DNA of 64,000 nt. Origin: Paramoeba atlantica (lineage: Eukaryota; Protista; Discosea). The DNA is taken from positions 372,001-436,000 of the forward strand of contig CDRNVI010000020.1 in assembly GCA_977017575.1 (NCBI GenBank), given 5' to 3'. Positions 28,874 to 39,106 of the stretch are shown here, one piece after another. The first letter of the stretch is position 1. Each line of letters begins with the position of its first letter. The notes beneath the pieces were generated by a model. It was not told where the DNA came from. It made no database searches and saw only the letters and a list, made by a program, of their open reading frames with translations. The translations under genes and the position numbers were made by a program.

Positions 28874-29160
28874 ATAAAGATACAGTTTCTGTACCTTGTT
28901 GTACATTTTCCCTTTAGTTCATCTTTTCTTTCCCCGGCAACGGGCATAATCTTACTGTTTTATATGCCCGTTGCCGGCCGGCACTAAGGCCGAAACTGTC
29001 CCTCTTTCTCGGCGAAGTAGGGGACGCGCTTCCACCCCATCACCCCTCCCCGGCTCACTCCTTGAGTGGGTTTTCTTCCCTCCCCGGCTTTCTTCCCTTC
29101 GCGCCCTTTTCTTCCCGGGGAGCCATGCGCCATGGTGGCCTCCCTTGAGGACCACTGGGC
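28874..29160 (+). ncRNA. SL-headed structured unit (SL RNA-like gene/retrocopy or SL-derived SINE), copy 1
   Basis: Identical SL 28-mer, then a body ~80% similar to the minus-strand copy at 44010-44300; perfect 15-bp hairpin at 28934-28977. No GT directly after the SL 3' end (TTG|TAC). Confidence 0.55.
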
Positions 29161-29195
29161 GTGGCTCTGCCTCGTCTTATCGCGAGGCAGCGGTC

Positions 29196-29347
29196 GGTTG
29201 CAGTGCGCCCCTCCGGCTGCGTAAAGAGATGGTGAGTTGCCTGGACCACCTCTTCCGACTGGGACCGAGTTGGTTGCAGTGCGCCCCTCCGGCTGCGTAA
29301 AGAGAGGGCGAGTTGCCTGGACCCCCTCTACCGACAGAGTCCGAGCT
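29196..29347. repeat. Two-copy tandem repeat, 76-bp period
   Basis: GGTTGCAGTGCGCCCCTCCGGCTGCGTAAAGAGA.GG.GAGTTGCCTGGACC... at 29196 and 29272. Confidence 0.9.
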
Positions 29348-29598
29348 AAACCCCCTTGGTGCGACATCCGTCAATACGGATTGTGCCGATGATATCGGCT
29401 GTCGCATCAAGGGCTGTATCTCTGCGCCAACGAGCGCATGAACATCAAAACCAACGCACCACTTTTTTTCCTAAAAAATAATTTTCTTGTCATTTCCAGT
29501 GCACCACTTTTTCTTAAAAACTGTATTCTCATTTCCAATGCACCATCAATTATTTAAAGAAGTATTATTTTATATTATCCTTCGGATCTATACTACAA

Positions 29599-29934
29599 AT
29601 GCGCCATTATTCAAGACTCAGTCATTACGATCGTAATCGTATTCAATCACTCTTTACATCTGGCGAGAGTCGGCGAATCATAGCTCGCATAATTGGCAAA
29701 AGTCACAGCACTGTTTGTCGCGAGTTGGCGCGTAATGCAAGAAGGGGTCAGCGCTATGAGGGGAAGAGGGCACAGCGCATTTCGAAAAGACGCCTCTCGT
29801 GTAAAAAGGTCAAGCCTCACAAGATACAAGGCCTTTTGGAAGAGGAAGTCAGCTCTCGACTTCAAAAGAAGCACAGCCCGGAACAGATTGCAAATACGAT
29901 CCGTAGCTGTCGTACCGCCTCGACTTCTACCATA
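29599..29934 (+). mobile_element. IS30-like transposase N-terminal (HTH) fragment
   Basis: Y..LS..DR..I..L...G.S.R.IA..IG+S.STV.REL.RN ... SPEQIA, the IS30 HTH pattern; cut at a TA by a Tc1-like end. Confidence 0.7.
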
Positions 29935-30205
29935 CAGGGGTGCAAATCAGATGCTGGGGGGGGGGTCTAAAATTAGCAATGTTTGCGCAATTTTGGAAAA
30001 TAATAGCGCATTCGAGAGCTCTCGCAGAGATCTATGTTTTGGCGCTATTATCACGTTAAAAGAAAACAAATTTGAAAAAGATATTTTTTTAAAGGTTTTT
30101 TACCCACCTAAAAGTTGCAGATTTTTCAATTTTTGCAGTTTTTTCCGTGTTTTTTTTTGTTTTTCAGCTCACTATTATGCCGCAAAAGCGATCCCTCTCT
30201 AAGGA
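29935..30205 (+). mobile_element. Left end of Tc1/IS630-like element (relative of 60724-62670)
   Basis: TA|CAGGGGTGC terminus, GGGGTCTAAAATT...GGAAAATAATAGCGCATT block, ATGCCGCAAAAGCG start like 60921. Confidence 0.6.
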
Positions 30206-30206
30206 G

Positions 30207-31772
30207 GAGGATTCATACAGTTATACTGTAGAGATTAAGTCAAATAGCTTGGGATCACATAACATATGATCCCGTACAAGCATACGACGTGTTTGGCTAT
30301 TCCTGTTTACTCATCCGAAATACAAACATCCATGGGGTTCCAGTTTGCGCGGTCCCGATTTTGGTATATAGTGAAACTCCCCCTAAATGCTCTCGTCACC
30401 AAGTGTTGGCGACACTCCTTGGCAAGCTTTGTTTCCTCGCAGAAGAGCATATCTAATTTACTCGCCGAGTCTTGGAGACTTCCGCGAGCCCCAATCTCTA
30501 GGGCGAATAGGTATGTTTCGGGATGATTTTCTTTTCGCGTATGCCACAGGTGGTGGTATTTCAGCATTTTCCGCTCGTGCGCGGCCTGCATATTCTCCTC
30601 CCATGGGCAAGTTAGTTCAATAATGAACTCTTTCCCGTCCCTTAGCTTTACCCACCCGTCCGGACGCAGCATACCGTCATTGTCGGCTAGCCACGTTGGA
30701 GGGCGTCGCATGCCAGGTAGGTCGAAATGAGAGAGAGCTGTATGGGGGGACTCGCTTACATGGTAAGCTAGGGCCCGTAAGATGAAGTCGTGTCTGAAAG
30801 TGTAACGCCCTTGATCTAGAGCAACTCAGCATCCCGCGAGAATGTGCCTTGGGGTTTGTACCTCTGTCTTGCATAGCGGGCATTTGATGTCTGTGTGGGT
30901 TGATATGCCCCAGCGGTGAATTGCGGCCCTGGTAGGTAGCGGGGCCTGTGTGAGGACAGAGGAGACAAATCGCGTCAGGTGCGTCGACCTGATGTTTTTC
31001 GAACCTGAAGTCTTTCGCCACGCTTTCCTCCGATGCATCGTTGAACCATCTGGCAGCGATAGGTGCTCTCCGTTATACCGCTTGTGTAAGATGCGCCTCA
31101 TGCTCGGTATTGATTTTACGGCGCATTTCGTTAGAGTCTCCTATTAGGTGGCACAGGTCGGCTGCCGGGCGCACATGCCCGCGTGAACGCTGCCTTTTCT
31201 CGTTCTCAATTTTAATTCGCAATGCGTGCTGCACCGCCGGATCCCGAGAAGCATTCATTTGATTTAGGTTTTGGGCTGTGCAGTGTAGCCACAATTTGGA
31301 CAGGCTCATGAGGGCCCAACCACGTTCAGAGTAAAGGAGCTCACTCGTTGAGGCTTTAGCGAGATTTAGCCACTTTCGGATGTGCCGGGTCGCTAGTTTC
31401 TGCTGTCGAAGCATATGAGTAAAAGAAAGTCCGGGGTTGATTGTTAGTACATAGCGCAAGCGAGCAATGATGACGTGATTGTATATCCAAAGCTTAGCGG
31501 ATGGGTCGTGAGCGCTCTCAGAGATTCTGCTCAACCAACCTGATAGTTTCGCCTTAACAGTTTGAAAGGTAATTTTGCCTTGTTGTGCGCCGGGTGCCAG
31601 TGTCATGCCCAAAAACATACTTCCTTTATCGCATATGTGAGGAATAGGCGTGCCTTTGGCCATAATCTGCGGGCGTCTGGTCATATATCCACTGCCTGTT
31701 GCCACGGACATGTGCTGAACTCTGCATTTCCCAATGTTCAGTGTCAGCCCCAATCTCGAAAGTGCTGTTGCT
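30207..31772 (-). mobile_element. RLE-type non-LTR retrotransposon family B, 5'-truncated and degenerate
   Basis: RT thumb (GLTLNIGKC..KLWIYN), CPLC..Q TPRHILAGC*, QGRYTFRHD, LRPDG..EFIIELTCPWEEN...HERK..KY; one frameshift and one in-frame TGA. Confidence 0.85.
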
Positions 31773-32310
31773 CCAGTGGTCCAAAATTGAAAAAAAAAAA
31801 TGAATAAAATGGGGGGTCCAGGGGGGGGCATACGTCAAGAAATTTTTTTTCGAATTTTTTGCTTTTCAAAATCGAGCGCAGGGAAGTGGTAGAGTAGGCC
31901 GCGGCGATAATTCCCCCCCCCCTGGTACGCGCAGGAGGGGTCCGACAAGGTCAAAATTTCCGAAAGTTTTGGGGTGACCAAAAAAAAGTAAAAATATTAT
32001 TTTTCCAAAATCTACTCCTAAAACGTATTTTAAGAGTTTGGGACCTCAGCTACCATTCTGCGACGTTTTTTTCGACAGATTCGCCTTCTACCCCTACTGG
32101 TAAGGCATCTAAAACGGTCCAAATTCGGGTTGAAATTTTGCAATTTTCGCCGAAAAATCCAGCTTTTTCACCCAAAAAAATAGATTATTCATGATCTTTT
32201 ACCAATTTTTCTTTTTTAGGTTCGCAGTGGTAGTTTTCAACGCGAAGCGCGCAGCATTAGTGACTTCTATGTTGAAAACAACCACCGCGTTTAACGAAGA
32301 GCCTAAAAAA
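31773..32310. repeat. Diverged copy of repeat family X ending in a partial palindromic MITE
   Basis: Similar to 44825-45300 and to 45490-45571. Confidence 0.55.
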
Positions 32311-33551
32311 TGAGTAGCTAATTGTGTCTATTTGTTTTCCTTGAATGTACGTGCCTTGCGGCGATTAAACCAGTACGCAGTAAACTAGTACATTTTTTCG
32401 TTTTGTTTTTTTGTCTATGTGACTCACTCTGTTGCTTCATTTTGGATTTCATTTCACTCCTGGTCATTTTTTCATAAGTTTCCGCACCTTTTTTCCCCTT
32501 TCTAGGACATTTTCCGATTCTTGTCCATCGTGCGTTGGGTGCATCGCCAATATTCTGGGAATTCACTTTCCTTCACACCTTGAAGCTCTGCACGATTCGA
32601 AACATTGAAAAACGAAAGCCCTTTTTCACGATTCTTCGCAATCAGGACTCACGCTTCTATAAGAACCGTGTAGTCCAAAGGAACTTCGCACAATACCCGG
32701 GAAACACCACTGATAGGCGGGAACACCATTGATAGATTTTCCAATAGCGACTTTCGTTTTGTCACCCATGACACACAGAGCGTCATTACTCCCTCTTCCA
32801 AACGATCCCTAATTTCTTTTGGAGGGTGGGAATTAAACTTCTCTAGCGAGACCTTAAGAGAAATCGTACATGGGCGCTTCAGCACACGTTTAATGCCGTG
32901 CACAACCCACTTACGCAGGCGTTCATACAGGTCTGATGTTGGATCCATGTATGGATCATCCGATTCATCAGGCGGAGGTAAGTCCATGGAAGGCAAAGAA
33001 ATACGGCAAAAAGAAGAATTTAGTTAGTAAAATGTCGAGTATTATTGATTGTTAGACGCTTTTCCAAGCACAATGTATTATTAACTTGTATTACATGCCG
33101 AAACCCTCGTTTAAGTCCAGCAGAATAACAATTCCAGTAACATGATTTCTGTATCTTCCCATTGAAGCAAAAAATATTAAGGAACTAAGGAGGAAAATTT
33201 TGACGAAAGATCCTAGGCATATCCACCCGGAGTCACCCCTCTTACTTACAACAACTCCCCTTTTTGCAATACAAAACTTCACACGTCAAGCCTTGGTGAG
33301 TAGGCTATCAAAATTCTTAGGATATTCGCACCGCAAAACCTTTCTAGGACGTTGCTCAACTTCCTGGATGTCTTGTTCACCTCTTTGAGGCTCAGCATCT
33401 CAAACGACTCACTCGTCTTGTGATATTGGCGAATAAGGCCATTTGAATTTTCCACCCCTCACGTAGTGACAGGTAACCAGGGGGGTACAGTAATTCATTA
33501 TGATTATTTCCGGGTCAGGAGTTTTTATTATTTGATTTTATCTCATTTTTG

Positions 33552-34223
33552 ATGTCTCGACTTGCTAAGGCGCGATCCTGTTTTCATCCCCCAGAAGTTC
33601 GTTTGGTTTCCTTCTTGCAAAATGTACACCACACCGAACAATCCTGGAATGCATTGACTCCATTGTCAAAGTGGGATAAAGTGCGGCCTGCACCTTGGGA
33701 TGTACCGCTCGTTCGACTCGACTGGGGGATGATGCACTTGAGAGGTAATCTCACGTGGCGTTTTCTCCCTGTTGAGGTGTACCGCATAGATGTTTCTAAC
33801 AACAAGCTTCAAGGAGAGGTGTCTTTAATAGAGGTGGGGAACCAACTCCTGGAAATAGAACTTCGACATAATGAGTTTACATCCGAACTTGATCTTACTT
33901 CGCTACCCTCCAACCTCAACTACCTTTCGGTCTCGGACAATTTTCTTAAAGGAACACTTGATCTGACTACCTTGCCAGGAAATTTGTCGAGACTTCTCCT
34001 AAACCAGAACTATTTCGTTGGTGTTGTTGATGTTTCTTTTCTTTCCGCCTTTATCCGGGTTGATTTGCGAGGAAATAAAGTTTTCATATTTCCTGAAGAT
34101 GCGTCGGAGTCTGCTTGGCCTTTTGTCGTGCATGATCATATGGAAGAAGCTAGTGAACCGCGACATTATCTTGGATTCGCTACGATAATTGGACTACTCA
34201 CTCTTTCATTTCTTTTTCAATAA
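33552..34223 (+). CDS. LRR protein with hydrophobic C-terminus (possible membrane anchor)
   Basis: LRR units; ends FATIIGLLTLSFLFQ. Confidence 0.75.
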   Translation: MSRLAKARSCFHPPEVRLVSFLQNVHHTEQSWNALTPLSKWDKVRPAPWDVPLVRLDWGMMHLRGNLTWRFLPVEVYRIDVSNNKLQGEVSLIEVGNQLLEIELRHNEFTSELDLTSLPSNLNYLSVSDNFLKGTLDLTTLPGNLSRLLLNQNYFVGVVDVSFLSAFIRVDLRGNKVFIFPEDASESAWPFVVHDHMEEASEPRHYLGFATIIGLLTLSFLFQ

Positions 34224-34519
34224 TTATTTTCGCAATTTTCGTTTTTCCAGAACACGTGCGAAACTTTTGGTCTTGACTTCGGACAAGGGTCCTAGGTTAC
34301 ACTTTTAGCAACATCTTATCAACAAAGGGCCGTTGTATATCATTCAGGACTTTTTAAGAAACAAACAAGCGGGCGTATGAGAGGTTACGCAAAGGGGGGG
34401 GGGGGATTAAAGGGGTAAACGTAGTGTTTTTCGTACACACAATTTTTCTTTTGCTTTCTAGTACAAATATTCCTGGTGCAAATACACCAAAACTTTATTT
34501 AGATGGGTGGATGCGGGTA

Positions 34520-34665
34520 CGGTCTCGCGTGGTCTCGTGTAATCTCACGTGACCTCGCGTGAGCTCACGTGATCTCGTTTTGACGTCGACCAACCATCCT
34601 CCCGAGCCAAATTCGCTCCCAAGAGATCCCCCGTGATCTCACTTTGGGCCTCACCCGTAGCCCCT
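34520..34665. repeat. GTGATCTC(A/G)C 10-bp-period repeat block; second copy at 41865-41940
   Basis: Both copies end ...TTGG.CCTCACCCG.AGCCCCTCA. Confidence 0.7.
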
Positions 34666-34771
34666 CAGATTTTTTTGCGATGGGTTTAGTACGGGATAGA
34701 ATTTAAATAACACATTGGACAATATTTAAATTGCACATCGGAGTTCACAGTTTTCTTATTTAATCTCGATC

Positions 34772-35356
34772 ATGTTTCTCATACCTTTACAGTACCGCGA
34801 CGCGCCGAAGGCCTCCCAAGCAAAAAAAGTTAGAGGTACTTCAATGCCACAAGAATATGAACTTATTCGATTTATCGCTTGCGTAAAATATCATCACAGC
34901 TCCTGGAAAGCAGAAAACTCGGCTAATAAGTGGGTAGGTGTGGAATGCGATGCGCAAGGCACGATTCGTGGTATTTCATGGGAAAATATGCATCTTTCGG
35001 GTACTCTTCAATGGGAATACATCCCCCAATCCCTGACTTATCTTTCGCTTTGCCGAAACATGTTGTCGGGTAGCGTAAATTGGAGCTATATTCCTCCCCA
35101 ATTAGAAGTCCTTCGTTTGACAAACAATGCTTTTGAAGGCTCTATTGAACTTCGAAGTCTTCCGCATACACTGCGCGAATTTTGGGTTCCAGACAACTTT
35201 TTTTCAGGAGACCTGTGCTTTGATTATATTCCCGACAATCTGCGGAGCATGTTTTTATCGAGAAACAGGGATTTGGGTGGCGTCATCGATATGCAAAAAT
35301 TGCCTAATACTTTGCGTCTTCGAGACTGGTTTGACACAAAAATAGTAGTGAAGTAA
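34772..35356 (+). CDS. LRR protein (KVRG family)
   Basis: KASQAKKVRGTSMPQEYELIRF N-terminus followed by LRR units. Confidence 0.8.
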   Translation: MFLIPLQYRDAPKASQAKKVRGTSMPQEYELIRFIACVKYHHSSWKAENSANKWVGVECDAQGTIRGISWENMHLSGTLQWEYIPQSLTYLSLCRNMLSGSVNWSYIPPQLEVLRLTNNAFEGSIELRSLPHTLREFWVPDNFFSGDLCFDYIPDNLRSMFLSRNRDLGGVIDMQKLPNTLRLRDWFDTKIVVK

Positions 35357-36055
35357 TTGTCAGAAGAGAAATAAAAGACAATCTAGATGTACAAAGTTTT
35401 ATTTCCCTTACGATTTTAACAATCTTTTAACTATCGTTAAAATGTTTAAAGAATGTTTTCAATGTAAGTTTCGGCTTCATGTACAGAAATTCTGTAGATG
35501 TATCAATGTTTTCTGTAACAGAAATGTAAAGATTTTTTCCGATATGTCCTTTTGAACTAAATTGGAAAAAATTGGAAAACGTGAAGTGTGCTAAAATTTT
35601 ATGCGTACTTTAGCTTGCAACATTTTGATGAGGGTTTGTACTGTTTTGATGAAAGTGTATCGTTTTTTAAAGCTGGAGTTTAGTGATTTATTGCGATGGT
35701 CGCACAACTGCCGCTCTACCCTCGATTACTGAAATAAACGATCAACTACGATTTTTCCCCTAGTTTACCTTCCCTTACTTTATCGTTCCCGCGATACGTG
35801 TGTTTGCGGGGACAGTACCGCACCCCCTCCTTTTAAGCGTACTCCGGCAGACCCCCAACCTCACCCCTGATGCTTTTCCCCCGAATCGATGTGTCGACGG
35901 TTCTTTAAGGGTTCCTTATGAAAAGGAGAGTAGTACAGGGGGCACGATGCTTCCGGGGCTTGTACGGCTGATAATTAGTAAGTCTCTATTTCCGCATTAT
36001 CTACAAACGTGTACTTTTTTTATTTCTTTTCTGTACTTCTACTTTAAAATCTGGC

Positions 36056-38929
36056 ATGGAAGATCCTTCTGATTCTCTCTATGATTTCGATCCGCCTTTA
36101 AGGCCCTCACGCACACATTCTCCCCATTATCGTACCAGCGCCACCCCATCCCTTCTGTCAGCTCCCTTTCCTCCTCCTGATTGGTCCTCTCCTTTGACGT
36201 ACGCTATACCTTCTTCATTTCAAACAAACGGTTCTCGTCCGACTTCTCATGTACTGAATCCCACCACACTCTTGTGGACTGTAGTTTTGGCCCTTCTTCT
36301 CACCTCTACTATTCTTCTCGCCTTGGTTTTTCTCTGGACCTTGTTGGGTCCCTATTGGGACACTATCTTGTGGGCCGTCGCCTTAAGCGTCGTTTTTCAC
36401 CCCTCCCACAAGCAAGGGGAAGTGCGCAGTCTACATTCGCAACTTCAAGCACGGCGTGTTTTGGACAACTCCTCTGTCTTTCCCTTCAGCACAGTTATAC
36501 GGAGCTGGAGGATAACGTTAGAATTAGTGCTGTCTGGAAGTGCAAAGGTGCTTGGAATCCGTGCTCTGCTTCATGCTTTTCTGGGTTCCACAATTACTGG
36601 AGCACTGGAACACCTGATTGGTCGGCACACGCTGGATACTCTCGGGGTACTCTCATACTGCGTTGTCCTAGGCTCCATTTTCGGGCGTTCTTTTTTGGCT
36701 TTACTCTTTCTTTTGTCATTATCGGGCCCATTGTGGATTTGGTGCTACATCCCTTCTTCACATCGTTCCCCTTTGGTGCGCCTGAGATCCTTTCTGCCGC
36801 AATTTCTCTTCTACGTTCAACGCAAGAAAACGTTCGGACATACTGTTCTCACCGCGAGTCCGGAGCAATATCGCGACTTTGCATTGACGCTGTCGTCTCT
36901 TGCGCGGCGTCTACGAGCGTTGCTTTGTATCATTCTGCTGGGTGCGACTTGCGTGTGCGTTCTCGACGGTGCGACGCGCGAAATTTTAAGTCTGCTTGAG
37001 AGCTTTCGTGCCCATGCCTCCACGCTGAATCAATTGGTCGAACCCCACGTCAGCTTTTACGGCTCTGCACTCCTTCCACACGCCAAGGACCAGCTCGAGA
37101 AGTGGATTCAGCAATACGACCTGGTACGCCACGCACGTCAATTGGAGGAGGCGCTTCAAACGTTTTGGCACAATGGCACCCAGCCGGCTTCGTCTCACAG
37201 CAACCTGAGTGCTACACTCTCAGCCCTTCCGTCTCTGCTGCAGCAAGGAAACGAAACTGCTGTGCTCCCGGTTGCATCCGCGTACAACACCACAGAGACC
37301 CACTCCTACCTCACGACAGTGTACCACACCCTTGTGTCACACCTGGCGCCCTACTGGGACGGGAACTTCGGCTTTTCATCCCCACAATTCTCTTCTTCGG
37401 GGTCGTGGATCAGCCAGGAGCGTCTCGCGGCGCTCTCCCAACTCTACCACAACCTCACACATGCCCTACCGGCGCGCCTCCCGGTGGACTCTATGCTGAG
37501 TGTGGCCCAGTCCGGGGGGGCTTCTCTTTTTACGGGGTTAGCCTCCAGTGCGGCACTGTGTGCGGGTCTGATCCTCGGATCATTCTCGATGGCCTACGAG
37601 GTGGTGTTGTTCTTTTTGCTATGGACTTTTTTACACCGTCAGCCCCACACTCTAGTGTACTACCTCGTGCTAAAGGGACATCGTATGCTACAGGGGGGGG
37701 GAGGAGGCAGTCGGTCGGTGGCTGCATCGGGTGAGGGGTACCGACGGGGTGGGGTGGTTCCGGAGAGCTATCCGTGTGAAGAACAAACGGAGGCACACCC
37801 CGACATCGCTATCTCACGCTCCCCCTCACCACGTCGCCCGGGTTTTTCAGCGGAGCATACCAAGAAACCCGCGGGCGCAAAAACGAAACACACCGTCCCC
37901 ATTTCACTGGGCCGAGGTGGCACCGCCCCCGGATACCTCCCACGGCACGCAATCCGTGCCTCCAGTATTCCCCTCCATCCACAACCCCCCACTCCACTAC
38001 CCTCCAAAACCACTCCCCCCAAAACCCAAAGCCTATTACGACCTCCTCCAGCTCCAACCCTCCCTCCCCCCAAAAACCGTACGACCCCCCAAAACCCACA
38101 ATCCAGTTTCTCCTCCCCATCCACCCTCAAGAACAGCTCCAATCACAACACCAATAACAACCTAAACAACAACCCGAATACCCATCCAAACAACAACCCG
38201 AATACCCATCCAAGTAACAACCCGAATACCCATCCAACCCACAACCCGACTACCCATCCAACCCCCAACCCCAACAACAAACCCCCCCCACCCCCCCGTC
38301 CCCGTCCCCACCCCCTCCACGACCCCCCCCTCCCCCCTCCCTCCCCCTCCACCACCTTCGCCACCACCTTCGACGCCGCCCTCACCTCCCGCCTCCAGTC
38401 CCTCACCCTCTCCCTCCTCCACCTCACCCTCTTCCACGGCGCCGTCACCTACCTCACCCTCGCCCTCCTCGCCTTCCCCTACCCCGCCCTCGCCGCAACC
38501 CTCGGAGCCGCCACAGGGCTCTTCCCCTACATCCCCAAGTACTCCGTCGCGGTGCTCCCCGCAGCGCTCCGGGCCTACTACCACTACTACCACTACCCCT
38601 ACCCCTACGACTACAACAGTAGTAGTGGTAGTCGTAGGGGTAGTAGTGGTAGTAGTGGTACTACCCCCGTGAGCGTGGCCGGGATGGTCGCGCTGGTGTG
38701 GGTGGTGGGGGTGGGGGCGCGGGGGGGGGAGGACACCCTGTTGCGGGTGCCAGGGTTGTCCTCCCCGTTGGTGGGTCTCGCGATGGTACTAGGGGTGACG
38801 ACGTTTGGGTTGAAAGGGGTGGTGGTCGGGCCGGGGATCGCGTTGGCGGTGCTGGTGGTGTGGGAGATGGTGGGGGGGAGGGAGGGGGAGGAGAGGGGAG
38901 GGGAAAGGGGGGGAGGGGGTAAGGAATGA
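36056..38929 (+). CDS. TMEM245/AI-2E-like multi-pass membrane protein
   Basis: PYWDTILWAVALSVVFHP early TM motif; C-terminal LG...FGLKGVVVGP TM block; Pro/Asn-rich insert. Confidence 0.65.
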   Translation: MEDPSDSLYDFDPPLRPSRTHSPHYRTSATPSLLSAPFPPPDWSSPLTYAIPSSFQTNGSRPTSHVLNPTTLLWTVVLALLLTSTILLALVFLWTLLGPYWDTILWAVALSVVFHPSHKQGEVRSLHSQLQARRVLDNSSVFPFSTVIRSWRITLELVLSGSAKVLGIRALLHAFLGSTITGALEHLIGRHTLDTLGVLSYCVVLGSIFGRSFLALLFLLSLSGPLWIWCYIPSSHRSPLVRLRSFLPQFLFYVQRKKTFGHTVLTASPEQYRDFALTLSSLARRLRALLCIILLGATCVCVLDGATREILSLLESFRAHASTLNQLVEPHVSFYGSALLPHAKDQLEKWIQQYDLVRHARQLEEALQTFWHNGTQPASSHSNLSATLSALPSLLQQGNETAVLPVASAYNTTETHSYLTTVYHTLVSHLAPYWDGNFGFSSPQFSSSGSWISQERLAALSQLYHNLTHALPARLPVDSMLSVAQSGGASLFTGLASSAALCAGLILGSFSMAYEVVLFFLLWTFLHRQPHTLVYYLVLKGHRMLQGGGGGSRSVAASGEGYRRGGVVPESYPCEEQTEAHPDIAISRSPSPRRPGFSAEHTKKPAGAKTKHTVPISLGRGGTAPGYLPRHAIRASSIPLHPQPPTPLPSKTTPPKTQSLLRPPPAPTLPPPKNRTTPQNPQSSFSSPSTLKNSSNHNTNNNLNNNPNTHPNNNPNTHPSNNPNTHPTHNPTTHPTPNPNNKPPPPPRPRPHPLHDPPLPPPSPSTTFATTFDAALTSRLQSLTLSLLHLTLFHGAVTYLTLALLAFPYPALAATLGAATGLFPYIPKYSVAVLPAALRAYYHYYHYPYPYDYNSSSGSRRGSSGSSGTTPVSVAGMVALVWVVGVGARGGEDTLLRVPGLSSPLVGLAMVLGVTTFGLKGVVVGPGIALAVLVVWEMVGGREGEERGGERGGGGKE

Positions 38930-39106
38930 AATCGGGTTGTAGAAGGGGCTAAAACGTGTACACAGAAACTCTTCGTAGGCGTCGGACCTCTTCTTTTTGG
39001 GGAAATTGTTTTGGTCAATTTTTCGACGTGGTTTTACCATGTTTTACCAAATTGAATTGTTGCACATTTTTTTTACTTTCTGTGTAAACGGTTCTCAGTA
39101 ACACCG

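Noticed and set aside
29599-29934. Bacterial contamination of the contig
   Set aside because: The IS30-like piece is interrupted and flanked by TE families found elsewhere among the eukaryotic genes of this window. Read-level confirmation is still advisable.
32649-33400. Short minus-strand ORFs as transposase remnants
   Set aside because: No diagnostic motif could be identified by eye.
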